From a virus (Duplodnaviria > Caudoviricetes), in the IMG/VR virus record IMGVR_UViG_3300048576_000582, positions 1-47,494 of that record: a DNA stretch of 47,494 bases. One strand, 5' to 3'. Below the pieces are notes generated by a model, which worked only from the letters and a program-made list of their open reading frames with translations, was not told the origin of the DNA and did not search any database. Positions 27,610 to 38,200 of this stretch are shown one piece after another. Both the position numbers and the translations under genes were made by a program. Within the stretch, counting starts at the first letter, position 1. The number at the start of each line of letters is the position of its first letter.

Positions 27610-28335
27610 ATGGCTTATAATTTTTTAACTTCGGCAATTAGTGAAATTGGCAAGGTATTGCAAGAGGTATTTAATCCTACCACCGGGCACGATCACGACG
27701 GAGTGAACAGCAAGGCGGTGACAACCGGAACTCCTGCCTCCGGTGCTTTGGCGGCTTCCGCCGGTGGCCGGGCAATCATGGCAGCAGATTATTTTGATGC
27801 GGCAACAGTATTAGCCAAGTTTGCCGCAGATAGTTTTGATAATGCTCAATTAATCAAGGCTATTAAAGACGGCGCTTTTAATGCAGACGCGGCTACCAGA
27901 GCATTGTTTGATGATGGAATATGGCCTCTTGCCAAACTTGCCGCGACCGCCAAGTATCAAACAATTCTTTACAACGTGGAAGATCTGGGTGCCGGTGTTG
28001 ACATCACCGATCGGCCAATTTATTTCGTACCGACCGGATTGGCAACGTCGCTCGTTTCGGCGGACATTATACCACTGGGAAATCCGGCCGGAATAGACGA
28101 TTCCAACAAATGCACCATTAAGCTGACCGATGGTACCAACATCATTGTAGAAAAGGAATTTGATGCTGATCCGGCTTTTCCAAGCGCCGGTACCGTAACC
28201 AATCTTGGGGCCTTGGACGGGACTCACAAAAATTTAGCGGCCGGGGAAAAATTGACTTTATCCGTGACCAACGGCACGACCGCTAACCCTCCCGCCTTTA
28301 CTCTTCAGATTATCTATACCTTGGCGGACGCGTAA
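27610..28335 (+). CDS. Head decoration or fibre-like protein
   Basis: GHDHDG motif; Ala-rich repeats; beta-rich C-terminus. Confidence 0.5.
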   Translation: MAYNFLTSAISEIGKVLQEVFNPTTGHDHDGVNSKAVTTGTPASGALAASAGGRAIMAADYFDAATVLAKFAADSFDNAQLIKAIKDGAFNADAATRALFDDGIWPLAKLAATAKYQTILYNVEDLGAGVDITDRPIYFVPTGLATSLVSADIIPLGNPAGIDDSNKCTIKLTDGTNIIVEKEFDADPAFPSAGTVTNLGALDGTHKNLAAGEKLTLSVTNGTTANPPAFTLQIIYTLADA

Positions 28336-28367
28336 ATAAAATTGTAACAAAATAAAATTGTAACGAG

Positions 28368-28772
28368 GTGAAACAAATGGGTTATCGGGATATAAGCGCC
28401 AATTTTTCAACCAATCAAGCAATAACAGCCATCGGTGATGCCGATAGCACCAACGTTTTGGAGTTTAAGAACGCCGGGGATATGCCGGACATGTATCTGG
28501 AAATTCAAACGTCGGAAGCGGTCGAGTCCACCGGAGATTCCACCATTAATTTCAAACTGCAGACTTCTTCGGACGGGTCCACGTATACCTCACTTTTCGA
28601 GTCCGGCGCCATTGATAAAACCAGTTTGGGGATTAATACGGTACCGGTAAAAGTCAAAGTGCCTATCGGGGTAAAAAAATATTTAAAAGTGGTGTATACC
28701 AATGCGGTTGCTGAAAACACCAAAGGAAAATTTAACGCGTTTTTGACCCCGTCGGTGGAAATGAGGCCCTAA
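28368..28772 (+). CDS. Bbp16-like capsid cement protein
   Basis: FS..QAIT...STNV...F.LQTS.D...KYLKVVYT...GKFNAFL. Confidence 0.8.
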   Translation: MKQMGYRDISANFSTNQAITAIGDADSTNVLEFKNAGDMPDMYLEIQTSEAVESTGDSTINFKLQTSSDGSTYTSLFESGAIDKTSLGINTVPVKVKVPIGVKKYLKVVYTNAVAENTKGKFNAFLTPSVEMRP

Positions 28773-28969
28773 TGGGATTATACATTGTAATTGAAAATAA
28801 TTACGCTTTTATGAAACGGTATTGGAGAAAATCCAATGTGCCTATCGAATTGCCGGACAATCCCAAACCGCCGAAGGAATATTTTAAACGGGTTGATGTC
28901 CAGGCTCCGAAAGCCCACCCGGGTGAAAATCCTCCGAACGAAGATCCCCCGGGTGAAAATCCAAAATAA
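28772..28969 (+). CDS. Small Pro-rich virion-module protein
   Basis: Coupled ORF; PGENP duplication. Confidence 0.55.
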   Translation: MGLYIVIENNYAFMKRYWRKSNVPIELPDNPKPPKEYFKRVDVQAPKAHPGENPPNEDPPGENPK

Positions 28970-29021
28970 ATAAAATCACAGATAGGGCGGTGAATAGCCG
29001 CTCTATCTACAAATTATAAGC

Positions 29022-29627
29022 ATGGAGGTAGGTGCAATCATGTATCAAGTAGATATTTTTAATTTAGCACTCAGCCGGCTTGGTAAAAAAACAGTGGCGT
29101 CGGCCACGGAAAATGATTTTGCCAAGGCGTGTAATAGCATTTACGAACCGCTACGGCAAGCGATTCTTAGAGACCACAATTGGAAATTTTCCACCAAAAT
29201 AATTCCATTGGCGGAATGTGAAGACACTATTCCGGGATGGACTCATATATATTCGTACCCTTCGGATTGCTTATATGCCCGAAAAGTTTTTAATGCTTCA
29301 ACTCCGATTAATACACCTGGAGATGAGTTTGATAAATTACAATCAGGGCTCAGGGACGAAATGATTATTGTTACTAATACCGTATCTGCATACTTGGAAT
29401 ATACCGTAAATGTAATCAATACCAATTTTTTTGATGCGTCGTTTATTGATGCGTTTGGTTGGAAACTGGCCGGTGATTTAGCCATCCCGTTGACCGGCAA
29501 AGCGGATTTGGCATCCGGGGCGGTGCGGATGTACGAATTGGTAATTGCGAATGCAAAAGCAGCAAACTTATCTGAAGGTTATCTGGTGCAAGAGCAAACA
29601 TCATCATATGTTAATGTGAGAGGATAG
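29022..29627 (+). CDS. Tail tubular protein A / adaptor (T7 gp11-like)
   Basis: IFNLALSRLG...LRDHNWKF...YPSDCL...FIDAF..KLA. Confidence 0.85.
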   Translation: MEVGAIMYQVDIFNLALSRLGKKTVASATENDFAKACNSIYEPLRQAILRDHNWKFSTKIIPLAECEDTIPGWTHIYSYPSDCLYARKVFNASTPINTPGDEFDKLQSGLRDEMIIVTNTVSAYLEYTVNVINTNFFDASFIDAFGWKLAGDLAIPLTGKADLASGAVRMYELVIANAKAANLSEGYLVQEQTSSYVNVRG

Positions 29628-29636
29628 TGGTTTATT

Positions 29637-32375
29637 ATGACCATGGATATCAGCCAGACCAGTTTTATCAATGGTGAAACATCGCCGATGATGGAAGGAC
29701 GGACCAATATTGAACAATATTTCACTTCGTGCCGGACGCTTCGGAATATGTTTGTGCATCAACAGGGTCCGGTATCCAACCGGGCCGGTACGTATTATAC
29801 CAACACGGTAAAAACTAGCGCCAATAAAATCATCTTACGGCCATTTAAGTTTGGGACAAGTCAAAATTACGCCATTGAGTTTGGGGATTTATATGCCAGG
29901 TTCTTCAAAGATGGGGGAATTATAACTGTTACCGCCGATAATGTTTTGGACTTTAATCCGATGGCGTCATATGCCATTGATTGGAACTTAAAAGTAGGAA
30001 ATTATTTGATCAACACGTATGCAACAACGAAAAAACTTTCGTTTGCATTACCTTACGGTTTAGCCGATTCCGGGACAATCAAGATTGCAACACAAGCGAA
30101 TACAGCAGATTCGTTATCGGTAACCGCCGCGACCGATACGATAACAATCAAATTCGCCACGACAACCGCGTCAAAAAATTCAGCGCTTTTAATACAAAAT
30201 GCAATCCGGGCAATCGCCGGAGGTGTAGTTAATGGCGTGGATATTACTAAATTCACGGTAACCGCCAACGCTGCTTACGCCGCCGCTCCGGTGCTATCTG
30301 GTACAATAACCGCAACGTTATTGGCAAATGGTGATAAACTTTATAAATCGATTTTGGCCAGCCCCAATGCCGCCAATAATGCGAATTTTTTTCCACCACT
30401 GGAAACAACTTATTGGAGTGAATTAGCTTCCGGAGCAGCGGAAGAAATTTCGACCCCATATACGGAAGCGGATTTGCCATATATCAATTACGTGCAATCG
30501 GCTGATACAATGTTTATTGCATGCCGGGGTTATCAGCCCAGAATATTGGTCAGATACAGTCATTATAACTGGACGATAAGTTTGTATGAGTTTAAAAATG
30601 GACCGTTTATGGCCGTTAATACAAGTGCAATTACAATCGCCTCAACCGCTACCACTGGAAATGTCACCCTTACCGCGTCATCTGCAATTTTTGACGCGGG
30701 TCATGTTGGATCATGGTGGAGAATTGGAGCGGCGGTCAGCGGTGTTTTTGGTGTTGTACAAATTACGGCTGTAACCGATAGCACTCATGCCACAGCCACG
30801 GTAAAACGAACGTTAAGTGGCACTGCGGCAACAACCACATGGGCAGAAGGCGCATGGTCGGATTATCGGGGTTGGCCCAGTTGTGTTTGTTTTTATGCAG
30901 ACAGAATTGGTTTCGCCGGTTCGGAGTCCGAACCCCAAGCCCAATGGTGGAGTGTATCAGGCGATTATACTGATTATAGTCGGTCATCACCGCTCAATGA
31001 TGCGGACGGTATCACGTTAAACCTTAACTCGCGCGCAGTACATAAAATTGAAAGCATATCGAATCTAGGTGACATTTTACCGCTAACGGATGAAGGAGTA
31101 TGGTGGAGTGGCCCGGTCAATTCGGGAGGGTCATTTACACCTACCACTGCAAAACATAAATTTCAAATGCTGGGCGGGAGTTCGTCGATTAACCCGGTGA
31201 TTATTGATAATCAGGCAATATTTGTCCAGAAATCCAATAATGGTTTGCGGGTTGTTGAGTGGAATGAGAATAGCGGGGGTTATGTGGGGGGACCGGTCAC
31301 CTATTTTTCGGGACATTTGTTCGCTGATCATACCATCGTGGAGATGGAGTTTCAATCCGAACCGGAGCCTATTATTTGGATGATTCGGGATGATGGAGTT
31401 TTATTGGGATGCACGTATAATGCAGCCCAAAAAGTGATCGCGTTCCATCACCACGAGACTGATGGCCAATTTGAAAGCATATGCATCTTGCCCGGGGCAC
31501 AATATGATGAAATTTGGTTTGTAGTGAAACGGGGAGATACACGGTTTATTGAACGGATGGCAAACCGGTCAATGACGGCCGATTTATATGACCAATATTT
31601 TGTGGATTGCGGGTTAACATTGGATAGTCCGGTTAATATTACTAAAGTTTCGATTGCGTCCATAACGGTTATCACAGCCGCCGGCCATGGGCTCACCGAT
31701 GGGGACAAAGTGGATATTTCGGATATCGAATGGATCCCCGAGATTGATTTTTTAGGGAATAAAACACAACCGGACCAACTCAACAAAAAACAGTATACGG
31801 TGGCTAATGCCACCACCGACACCCTGACATTGAAAGACGAAGACGGAAATGACGTAAATAGTCTGGCGTTTCTCGCCTATGTATCCGGTGGAAAACTCCG
31901 TAAAGCAGTAACCACTATTGCCGGTCTGGACCATTTGGAAGGAAAAAGCGTGGCGATTTTAGCAAACGGCGCAGTTTATTCGGGAAAAACCGTAATGGAT
32001 GGAACGATTACATTGGATACTCCGGCCTCCAGGGTCCATGTTGGACTGCCATATGTATCGGATTTAGAGACATTAAATATCGAGGCCGTCACCGACCAGG
32101 GGACTTTGCAGTCTAAAGAAGTGATGGTGACGGGCGTAACCTTAAAATTATATGCTCACGGAGGCGGTTTGGTGGGATATGACAACATCCATTTGACCGA
32201 AATCAATACCCGGTCGAATGAACCACTGGGGACTCCGACAGCATTATTCACTGGTGATTATGATGCAGAAATGTCTAGCGGATTCAAGCGGAGCAACCGA
32301 ATTTATATTCGTCAATCCGATCCGTTACCCATAACGATATTGTCAATCATATCAAGGATTGAAGTCGGTGGGTAA
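29637..32375 (+). CDS. Tail tubular protein B / nozzle (T7 gp12-like) with insertions
   Basis: SFINGETSP, GWPS.V.F..DR, AFHHHETDG, VHVGLPY, QSDPLPITILS. Confidence 0.85.
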   Translation: MTMDISQTSFINGETSPMMEGRTNIEQYFTSCRTLRNMFVHQQGPVSNRAGTYYTNTVKTSANKIILRPFKFGTSQNYAIEFGDLYARFFKDGGIITVTADNVLDFNPMASYAIDWNLKVGNYLINTYATTKKLSFALPYGLADSGTIKIATQANTADSLSVTAATDTITIKFATTTASKNSALLIQNAIRAIAGGVVNGVDITKFTVTANAAYAAAPVLSGTITATLLANGDKLYKSILASPNAANNANFFPPLETTYWSELASGAAEEISTPYTEADLPYINYVQSADTMFIACRGYQPRILVRYSHYNWTISLYEFKNGPFMAVNTSAITIASTATTGNVTLTASSAIFDAGHVGSWWRIGAAVSGVFGVVQITAVTDSTHATATVKRTLSGTAATTTWAEGAWSDYRGWPSCVCFYADRIGFAGSESEPQAQWWSVSGDYTDYSRSSPLNDADGITLNLNSRAVHKIESISNLGDILPLTDEGVWWSGPVNSGGSFTPTTAKHKFQMLGGSSSINPVIIDNQAIFVQKSNNGLRVVEWNENSGGYVGGPVTYFSGHLFADHTIVEMEFQSEPEPIIWMIRDDGVLLGCTYNAAQKVIAFHHHETDGQFESICILPGAQYDEIWFVVKRGDTRFIERMANRSMTADLYDQYFVDCGLTLDSPVNITKVSIASITVITAAGHGLTDGDKVDISDIEWIPEIDFLGNKTQPDQLNKKQYTVANATTDTLTLKDEDGNDVNSLAFLAYVSGGKLRKAVTTIAGLDHLEGKSVAILANGAVYSGKTVMDGTITLDTPASRVHVGLPYVSDLETLNIEAVTDQGTLQSKEVMVTGVTLKLYAHGGGLVGYDNIHLTEINTRSNEPLGTPTALFTGDYDAEMSSGFKRSNRIYIRQSDPLPITILSIISRIEVGG

Positions 32376-32853
32376 GATATATTTCCAAAAGGGTGCGCTG
32401 ATATTTCGGGAATCTATTTTAGCTGATGTGGAATCTCTGGCGCCGAATCTCCGGGAGCCAGACCGATTGGAAATTTGGGCCAGCCATCACGCAGACCCGT
32501 ATAAAGCGTTGAAAGATTCATTTGAAAATTCATCTACAAGCATTTCAATGGTGTTGGATGACCAGATTATTTCAATGTTTGGAATCGCCCCGGAATCACT
32601 CGTTAGTGATCGGGCTACAATTTGGTTATTAGGTTCACCGGCAGTGCAAAAAATACGGTTTACTTTTTTTCGGCAAAGCAAGCCATTTATCCAGAGGTTT
32701 CTGGAAGAATATCCGGTTTTGGAAAATTGGGTGGATAATCGATACATTGAGTCCATTCAATGGCTCCAATGGTGTGGAGCGGATATGTACCAACCGGAAC
32801 CATATGGGATGGATCATATGTTGTTTCGATACTTTCGATTCAGGAGGGATTAA
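32359..32853 (+). CDS. GNAT-like protein (T7 gp13-like)
   Basis: NLREPDRLEI...LENWVD..Y..SIQWLQWCG. Confidence 0.75.
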   Translation: MKSVGKIYFQKGALIFRESILADVESLAPNLREPDRLEIWASHHADPYKALKDSFENSSTSISMVLDDQIISMFGIAPESLVSDRATIWLLGSPAVQKIRFTFFRQSKPFIQRFLEEYPVLENWVDNRYIESIQWLQWCGADMYQPEPYGMDHMLFRYFRFRRD

Positions 32854-32856
32854 TAT

Positions 32857-33348
32857 ATGGGCGCGGCGATACCAGCGATTGGATTGGGGCTTCAAATTTT
32901 TGGAACGATAACCGGTGCCAATGCACAACGTCAGCAAGGAGAGGCACAATACCAAGCTAATATGTTTCAAGCGGATCAACTGGAACAGACGGCCAAAAGT
33001 ATGGAGACCCAAAGCAAACTAAAAATTGCCGATTTTCGTAACATGGTCGCCGGAGCTGATGCCACCCAAAAAACTGTCCTTGCTGCTAATGGAATTGATG
33101 CCAGTTCAGTGACTGCCCAGGATATTGCAGAGGATACCGCACTTAAAGGAAAATTAGATGAATTGGCTATTAAATATAACGACGACCTACAAATATGGCA
33201 GACCAGAAAGCAAGCTGAAGCATACCGAATGGCGGGATCCAATGCAGTTACTGCCGCAAATACTGCGGCAAATGCAACTATAATTGGAGGCGCCACCGGA
33301 GTGGCCGACACGTGGGACCGGTGGAGCAAAACCAGTATGGGGAAATAA
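32857..33348 (+). CDS. Small internal virion / ejection protein
   Basis: A/G/Q-rich; synteny. Confidence 0.7.
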   Translation: MGAAIPAIGLGLQIFGTITGANAQRQQGEAQYQANMFQADQLEQTAKSMETQSKLKIADFRNMVAGADATQKTVLAANGIDASSVTAQDIAEDTALKGKLDELAIKYNDDLQIWQTRKQAEAYRMAGSNAVTAANTAANATIIGGATGVADTWDRWSKTSMGK

Positions 33349-33368
33349 GATAAAGGAGGGCCGATCAT

Positions 33369-35216
33369 ATGCCGGTAGTTCCAACCTTTCAACGTCAAGT
33401 ACAAACAAATGTGCAGACTCTAGTCGATATGCCGGCGGGAGCGTTTGGGGAAAATATCGCGGTTGCCAATCAACAGATGGGAAACGCCCTCCAAAACGCC
33501 GGACAGTTGATTAGTCAACGGGCCACCGAACTACAGCAACAAAAGGACACCCAGAAGATCCTGGATACTGAAGTGAAATACCGTCAGGAAATGGATGATC
33601 TACTTTACAACACGGAAACCGGCTTGTTGAACCGGACCTTGGGCAATGCGGAGGGCGCGTATAGCGAATTTCGACAGAAAACCACGGAACTGAAGCAGAA
33701 ATATCAGGGTGAACTGGTATCGGAAAATCAGAAAAGACAGTTTGGCCAGCTGGCGGATAATCATAATTTAGCCGGGGAACAGGCGGTATTACGGCATGAA
33801 GCGGACCAGACCCGGGAAAGTAAAATTCAAACACTGGCAACTAATTTACAGCTAAACGCTTCCGACGCGGCTAAAAGTCCCAGTATCGATAACACCACCC
33901 GGTTGTTATCGGACGGATACGCAAAATTGACTCATGCACTGGGACAGATGGGATATACTCCGGAAGATATTAAAGTGAAGCAGCAAGAATATGCCGGGCA
34001 GCTGGTGGCTGGAGTTTTGGAAAAATCGCTGGCCGCCAATGATGTCGCCGGCGCTAGGAACATTTTAAAACAATTTGGGGATCAGGTTTCTCCTGATGTT
34101 AAATCCAAAGCCGAGTCCATGATTCAGGAAGCCGGCTTTTATTCGGATGGTAATACTATTTGGAATACAGTCCAGGGATTAAAAATGTCGGACGGTCTCC
34201 CGGACCTGGCCAAGATGGAGAAATCAGCCAAGGAGGCATATAAAAAATTAGGTTACACCGACAAAATGATTGAAAAGGGCCTGGATTATATACGCTCAAA
34301 GGCCGGTGAATTGAATACCAATTTAATGAGGCAATGGGACGCAAATGACCGGTCATTTATGAATTCCGTATCTGCAATTCACCAGCAAGGTGGGACCATG
34401 GATGTGGCTTTAAAACAGATCGGAAAATTTGCCCGGGATAGTTATGATAAAGAAATCAAAGAGGATGCTGTCAAACGGTTATGGCTAACAAAACAACAGT
34501 CTGACCCGGGAGTATACATGAGTCTTTGGAAAGGGGTGCTTTATAAGACTACCCCGGAAAAAGACATCGATGAGGCGATGAAAGCCGGTAAACTTACGGT
34601 TCAGGACTGGGAAGAATTGAAAAAATCATATTATCATGGGCAATTGGACGGTGTTAAACAGGATGTAAAATCAAGCTGGGAAAGGATTGAACTGCTGGCT
34701 ACTCAAAAATTCGGCAGCAATAAAGAAAAAAAACAAGAATTTTTATATGAAATGCATCAGTCCGGCAAAGGGAAGTCTCCGGAAGAACTCTTGGCGATTG
34801 CCGATCAGAAATTACAGAAGGTCGGTGGATGGTGGATATTTGGGGGAGAGCAGCAATATAAAAAGGATGTTAAGCAGCGAGATGAAACCAACCGGTCATG
34901 GGGTCAGGTATATAACACCTTTGGTGGGAAAGATGTTACTTTGGAAATCGGTCGGGGTTTGGCGGCCATCAGCGGAAAAAACACTTTCGGCGCTGATGAC
35001 TTGGAGCAGTTTATTAAGCAAGTGGGGGGAAGCGACAAAGTAAAACAAGGAAGTCCGATTTATAACGCTGTCAAGTCAATCATTAAGCTCCGGGAAGCAA
35101 CTTACGATCCGGAGCTGCGGAATCAGCTGATTACCACTCCGGAATTGATTCAACAGATTATACAGCAATTTCCGGATGGCAATGTCCCGGCGTATATCAA
35201 GTTAGCAGTTCAATAA
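33369..35216 (+). CDS. Medium internal virion / ejection protein
   Basis: Helical, MPVVP start; synteny. Confidence 0.7.
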   Translation: MPVVPTFQRQVQTNVQTLVDMPAGAFGENIAVANQQMGNALQNAGQLISQRATELQQQKDTQKILDTEVKYRQEMDDLLYNTETGLLNRTLGNAEGAYSEFRQKTTELKQKYQGELVSENQKRQFGQLADNHNLAGEQAVLRHEADQTRESKIQTLATNLQLNASDAAKSPSIDNTTRLLSDGYAKLTHALGQMGYTPEDIKVKQQEYAGQLVAGVLEKSLAANDVAGARNILKQFGDQVSPDVKSKAESMIQEAGFYSDGNTIWNTVQGLKMSDGLPDLAKMEKSAKEAYKKLGYTDKMIEKGLDYIRSKAGELNTNLMRQWDANDRSFMNSVSAIHQQGGTMDVALKQIGKFARDSYDKEIKEDAVKRLWLTKQQSDPGVYMSLWKGVLYKTTPEKDIDEAMKAGKLTVQDWEELKKSYYHGQLDGVKQDVKSSWERIELLATQKFGSNKEKKQEFLYEMHQSGKGKSPEELLAIADQKLQKVGGWWIFGGEQQYKKDVKQRDETNRSWGQVYNTFGGKDVTLEIGRGLAAISGKNTFGADDLEQFIKQVGGSDKVKQGSPIYNAVKSIIKLREATYDPELRNQLITTPELIQQIIQQFPDGNVPAYIKLAVQ

Positions 35217-35229
35217 GGGGGGCTTTACG

Positions 35230-38200
35230 ATGCCTTTAGTATTTCAAGATGACAGCCAGAATATAGTGGCGAATAACGACCGGTCAATTCTATTTGTCCC
35301 CCGGGTATCGTCAAGGCTTCAAGATACTTTTCAAAGTGTCCAAAATTTTGACCCAATCCGGACGGCGGATGTTATTAATATTGCCCAGAATACCGGTGAG
35401 CCGGAAGAATTTGTGGATAACAACCTCGAGGATTTAAAAAAGATTCAAAAAAATCCTACATTCCAGCAATGGAAGCAGTATGAATCGATGTTTCCGGGTA
35501 CAGCACAATTCCTTTCCGACCCAAAAAATATGGCTACCGCTAAAGATGTTTTGCCGGAGCTGGCCCAGCATGAATCCGCTTTAAAATTTGGATGGAATTT
35601 ACTTCAATTTGATTTTACCAAGCCGTTTACTAAACCGAAACCGGCGCCGACTGGAGCGGAGTTTTCTCAAAACTTTGCCCGGGGGTTGGGTTCCGGAAAT
35701 GAAAATGATCTGGCTTTTCAGGCTGGAGTCCAACTTGGGAAAGGCGAAAAAAGCGGTCAATTAAATGTTTCATACGCTCAACTGAGGTATGAGCAAATGT
35801 TAGAAACATTGCAGACCGGTCGGCGTTCCACCCGCAACGAATCCAAATTGCAACAACTGGAAGCGCAAATGGCGGCATTGGAAAGACCGATCGGTTTTAA
35901 TCCCTGGTATTTCACCGGTGAGCAGTTACCCAATTATGGGCTTATGTCCGAAAAAGCGGGCTTTTGGGCTTCAACCGGCGGAGTATTGGGAGGAGGATTG
36001 GCACTTATCGCGGGGAATGCGGGACCGCAAGCGGCGACACCGGAAGAGGTTGTAACCGTACCGGCGGCGGTGTTGACTGGTATGAAAGTTGGGGCCCAAT
36101 TAGGCGGAAAAATTGGTTTGGCGCAAGCGTCCGCCATATTGGAAGGCGGATCCGCTTACGGTGATTTTATTAAAATTCGGGATAAATACGGTAATCCAAT
36201 TGATCCCCAGGTGGCTGCCCAGGCCGCTTTGGTTGTTGGCGTTCTGAACTCCGGCTTGGAAATGGCCCAGGTTAGTTCGCTGTTGAAGACCATACCCGGC
36301 GGATCGAAAGTATTAGATTTTTTAGGACGGCAGGAAATAAAGAACCTTGCTAAACAATCAGGTGGGAACCTGATCCGGGCCGGTGTTAAAGAATATCTTA
36401 TAAATATGTTGAAGGAGTCTGGCCAGGAGTTTGCCCAGGAGACCGTCACCCAGCTCGGGGGCGAAATGGCAAAAACGATATCCGACCAGGAGTTTGACAA
36501 AAAACCGGTGGCGGATATTTTGGCGCAATCGTCCCAGGTAATCAGCCCCACCATTCAATCACAGCTGATATTTGGAATCCCTGGGTTAGGGTCGCACACA
36601 TACCAGGGTATAAAACAAATTCAAGGCGCTAACCAGGCTGTACAGGTTTATGAGCAGATCGGCAAGGTGGCGGCCGGGTCCCAATACTTGGACCGGATGC
36701 CCGAAAATTATGCCAAGTTTGTGGCGGATCAAGTAAAAAATGGACCCATCGAAAACGTATATGTTGATGCCCATCCATTGGTTTCCTTTTTGCAGTCTGC
36801 AGTTCCGGATATCACTAGAGAGCAGGTTGTCCAAGAAATATCTCAGGTATTCGGTTTGGGGGATGAAATCCAAACGGCGTTGGATACCGGCGGCAGCATT
36901 AAAATTTCATACGCGACCTGGTTGGAGAAGGTCGTAAAAACGCCGTTATATGATGCAGTAAAAAACGATGTGAAATTTTCCGAGGATGGCCTGACATATA
37001 ACCAGGCGGCCGTCGAAGAAAAACGGATCGCCGATATGATTACATTGGAGCAGCAAGCGGCGGAGCCCCAAATCATTCATAACAATATTATAAGGGATAA
37101 TTTTAATCTGATATATCAGGACGTAAAGGAAAAACTGACTGCAGCCGGCCGGCCCAAAAATATTCGGGAACGCGAGTTTGGAACCTGGGTGGATCGAAAT
37201 GCAAAACTCTGGGCTTCCCGGATGATTGCCGAGGCCTCCAGGCGCGGGGTTAATCCCATGGAATTATACCAGGGGATTAATCAGCCGGAGATTGTCCAGG
37301 GCGCCCGGGAAAATGCGGGGGCGTTGAATCAGTCGGCTGATCGGTTCGCCGCCAAAGGAAACCTTAACGGCAAAGCATTGTATTTTAAAGGGGAATTGAT
37401 TTATCCGGACAGTATTTATCAGAAATCAACGGACATTATCAGCCGCGGATTCGATCCTTTCGCAGAGGAAACTGGGGAAGATGCGGGGCATGATGCGTTA
37501 TATATGGCTCAATCCATGCAAGATGGTGATTTTAACTCGATTATTGAAATGTTTAACGAAGAAGGCACCAAATTTATTCCTTATGGTGTCCATATCATTA
37601 AAGGTAACAATAACTTTAGCTTTCGATTAGATCAAGATGGATTTTTGCAAAAAGATGGGTACTTAACCAAAGAACAAATTTTTAATGAATTTTATAACGC
37701 CGCTAAAGCGCTTAAAAATGATGGGTTTACGGGAAAACTGGAGATTCCGGAAATTCACTACAAAGGTACAATTGATAATTTTATAGGGGAAACGTTAAAT
37801 CAATCCGCAGTAGAAACGCCGGAATTTAAAAAATGGTTTAAAAGTTCTAAGGTTGTTGATGAACAAGGGAACCCATTAGTGGTATTTCATTTTGGTGGTA
37901 AAGATATACAGGAATTTGATTTAAATCGAACCAACGACATGTCGAATTATGGTCAAGGTTTTTATTTTATGGTTGGTCCAGATGGTCCCAGCTCCCTTTA
38001 TGAGTTAGCCTCAACTACCGGAATTATGGATGATGAAATCAGAGGTTATCCTACCGAAGAATTAGCCTATCAAAGCTTAAAAGACGATGGTCGTATTGTT
38101 GAAGCATATATCAATATTAAAAACCCAGTTCCACCCGAGAAGATATCTGAATATATGGGGGAAAATGGTTTAAAACAGGCTTATCAAGATGGATATGATG

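Noticed and set aside
28334-28364. AAATAAAATTGTAAC tandem duplication
   Set aside because: Short intergenic slippage duplication with no functional sign
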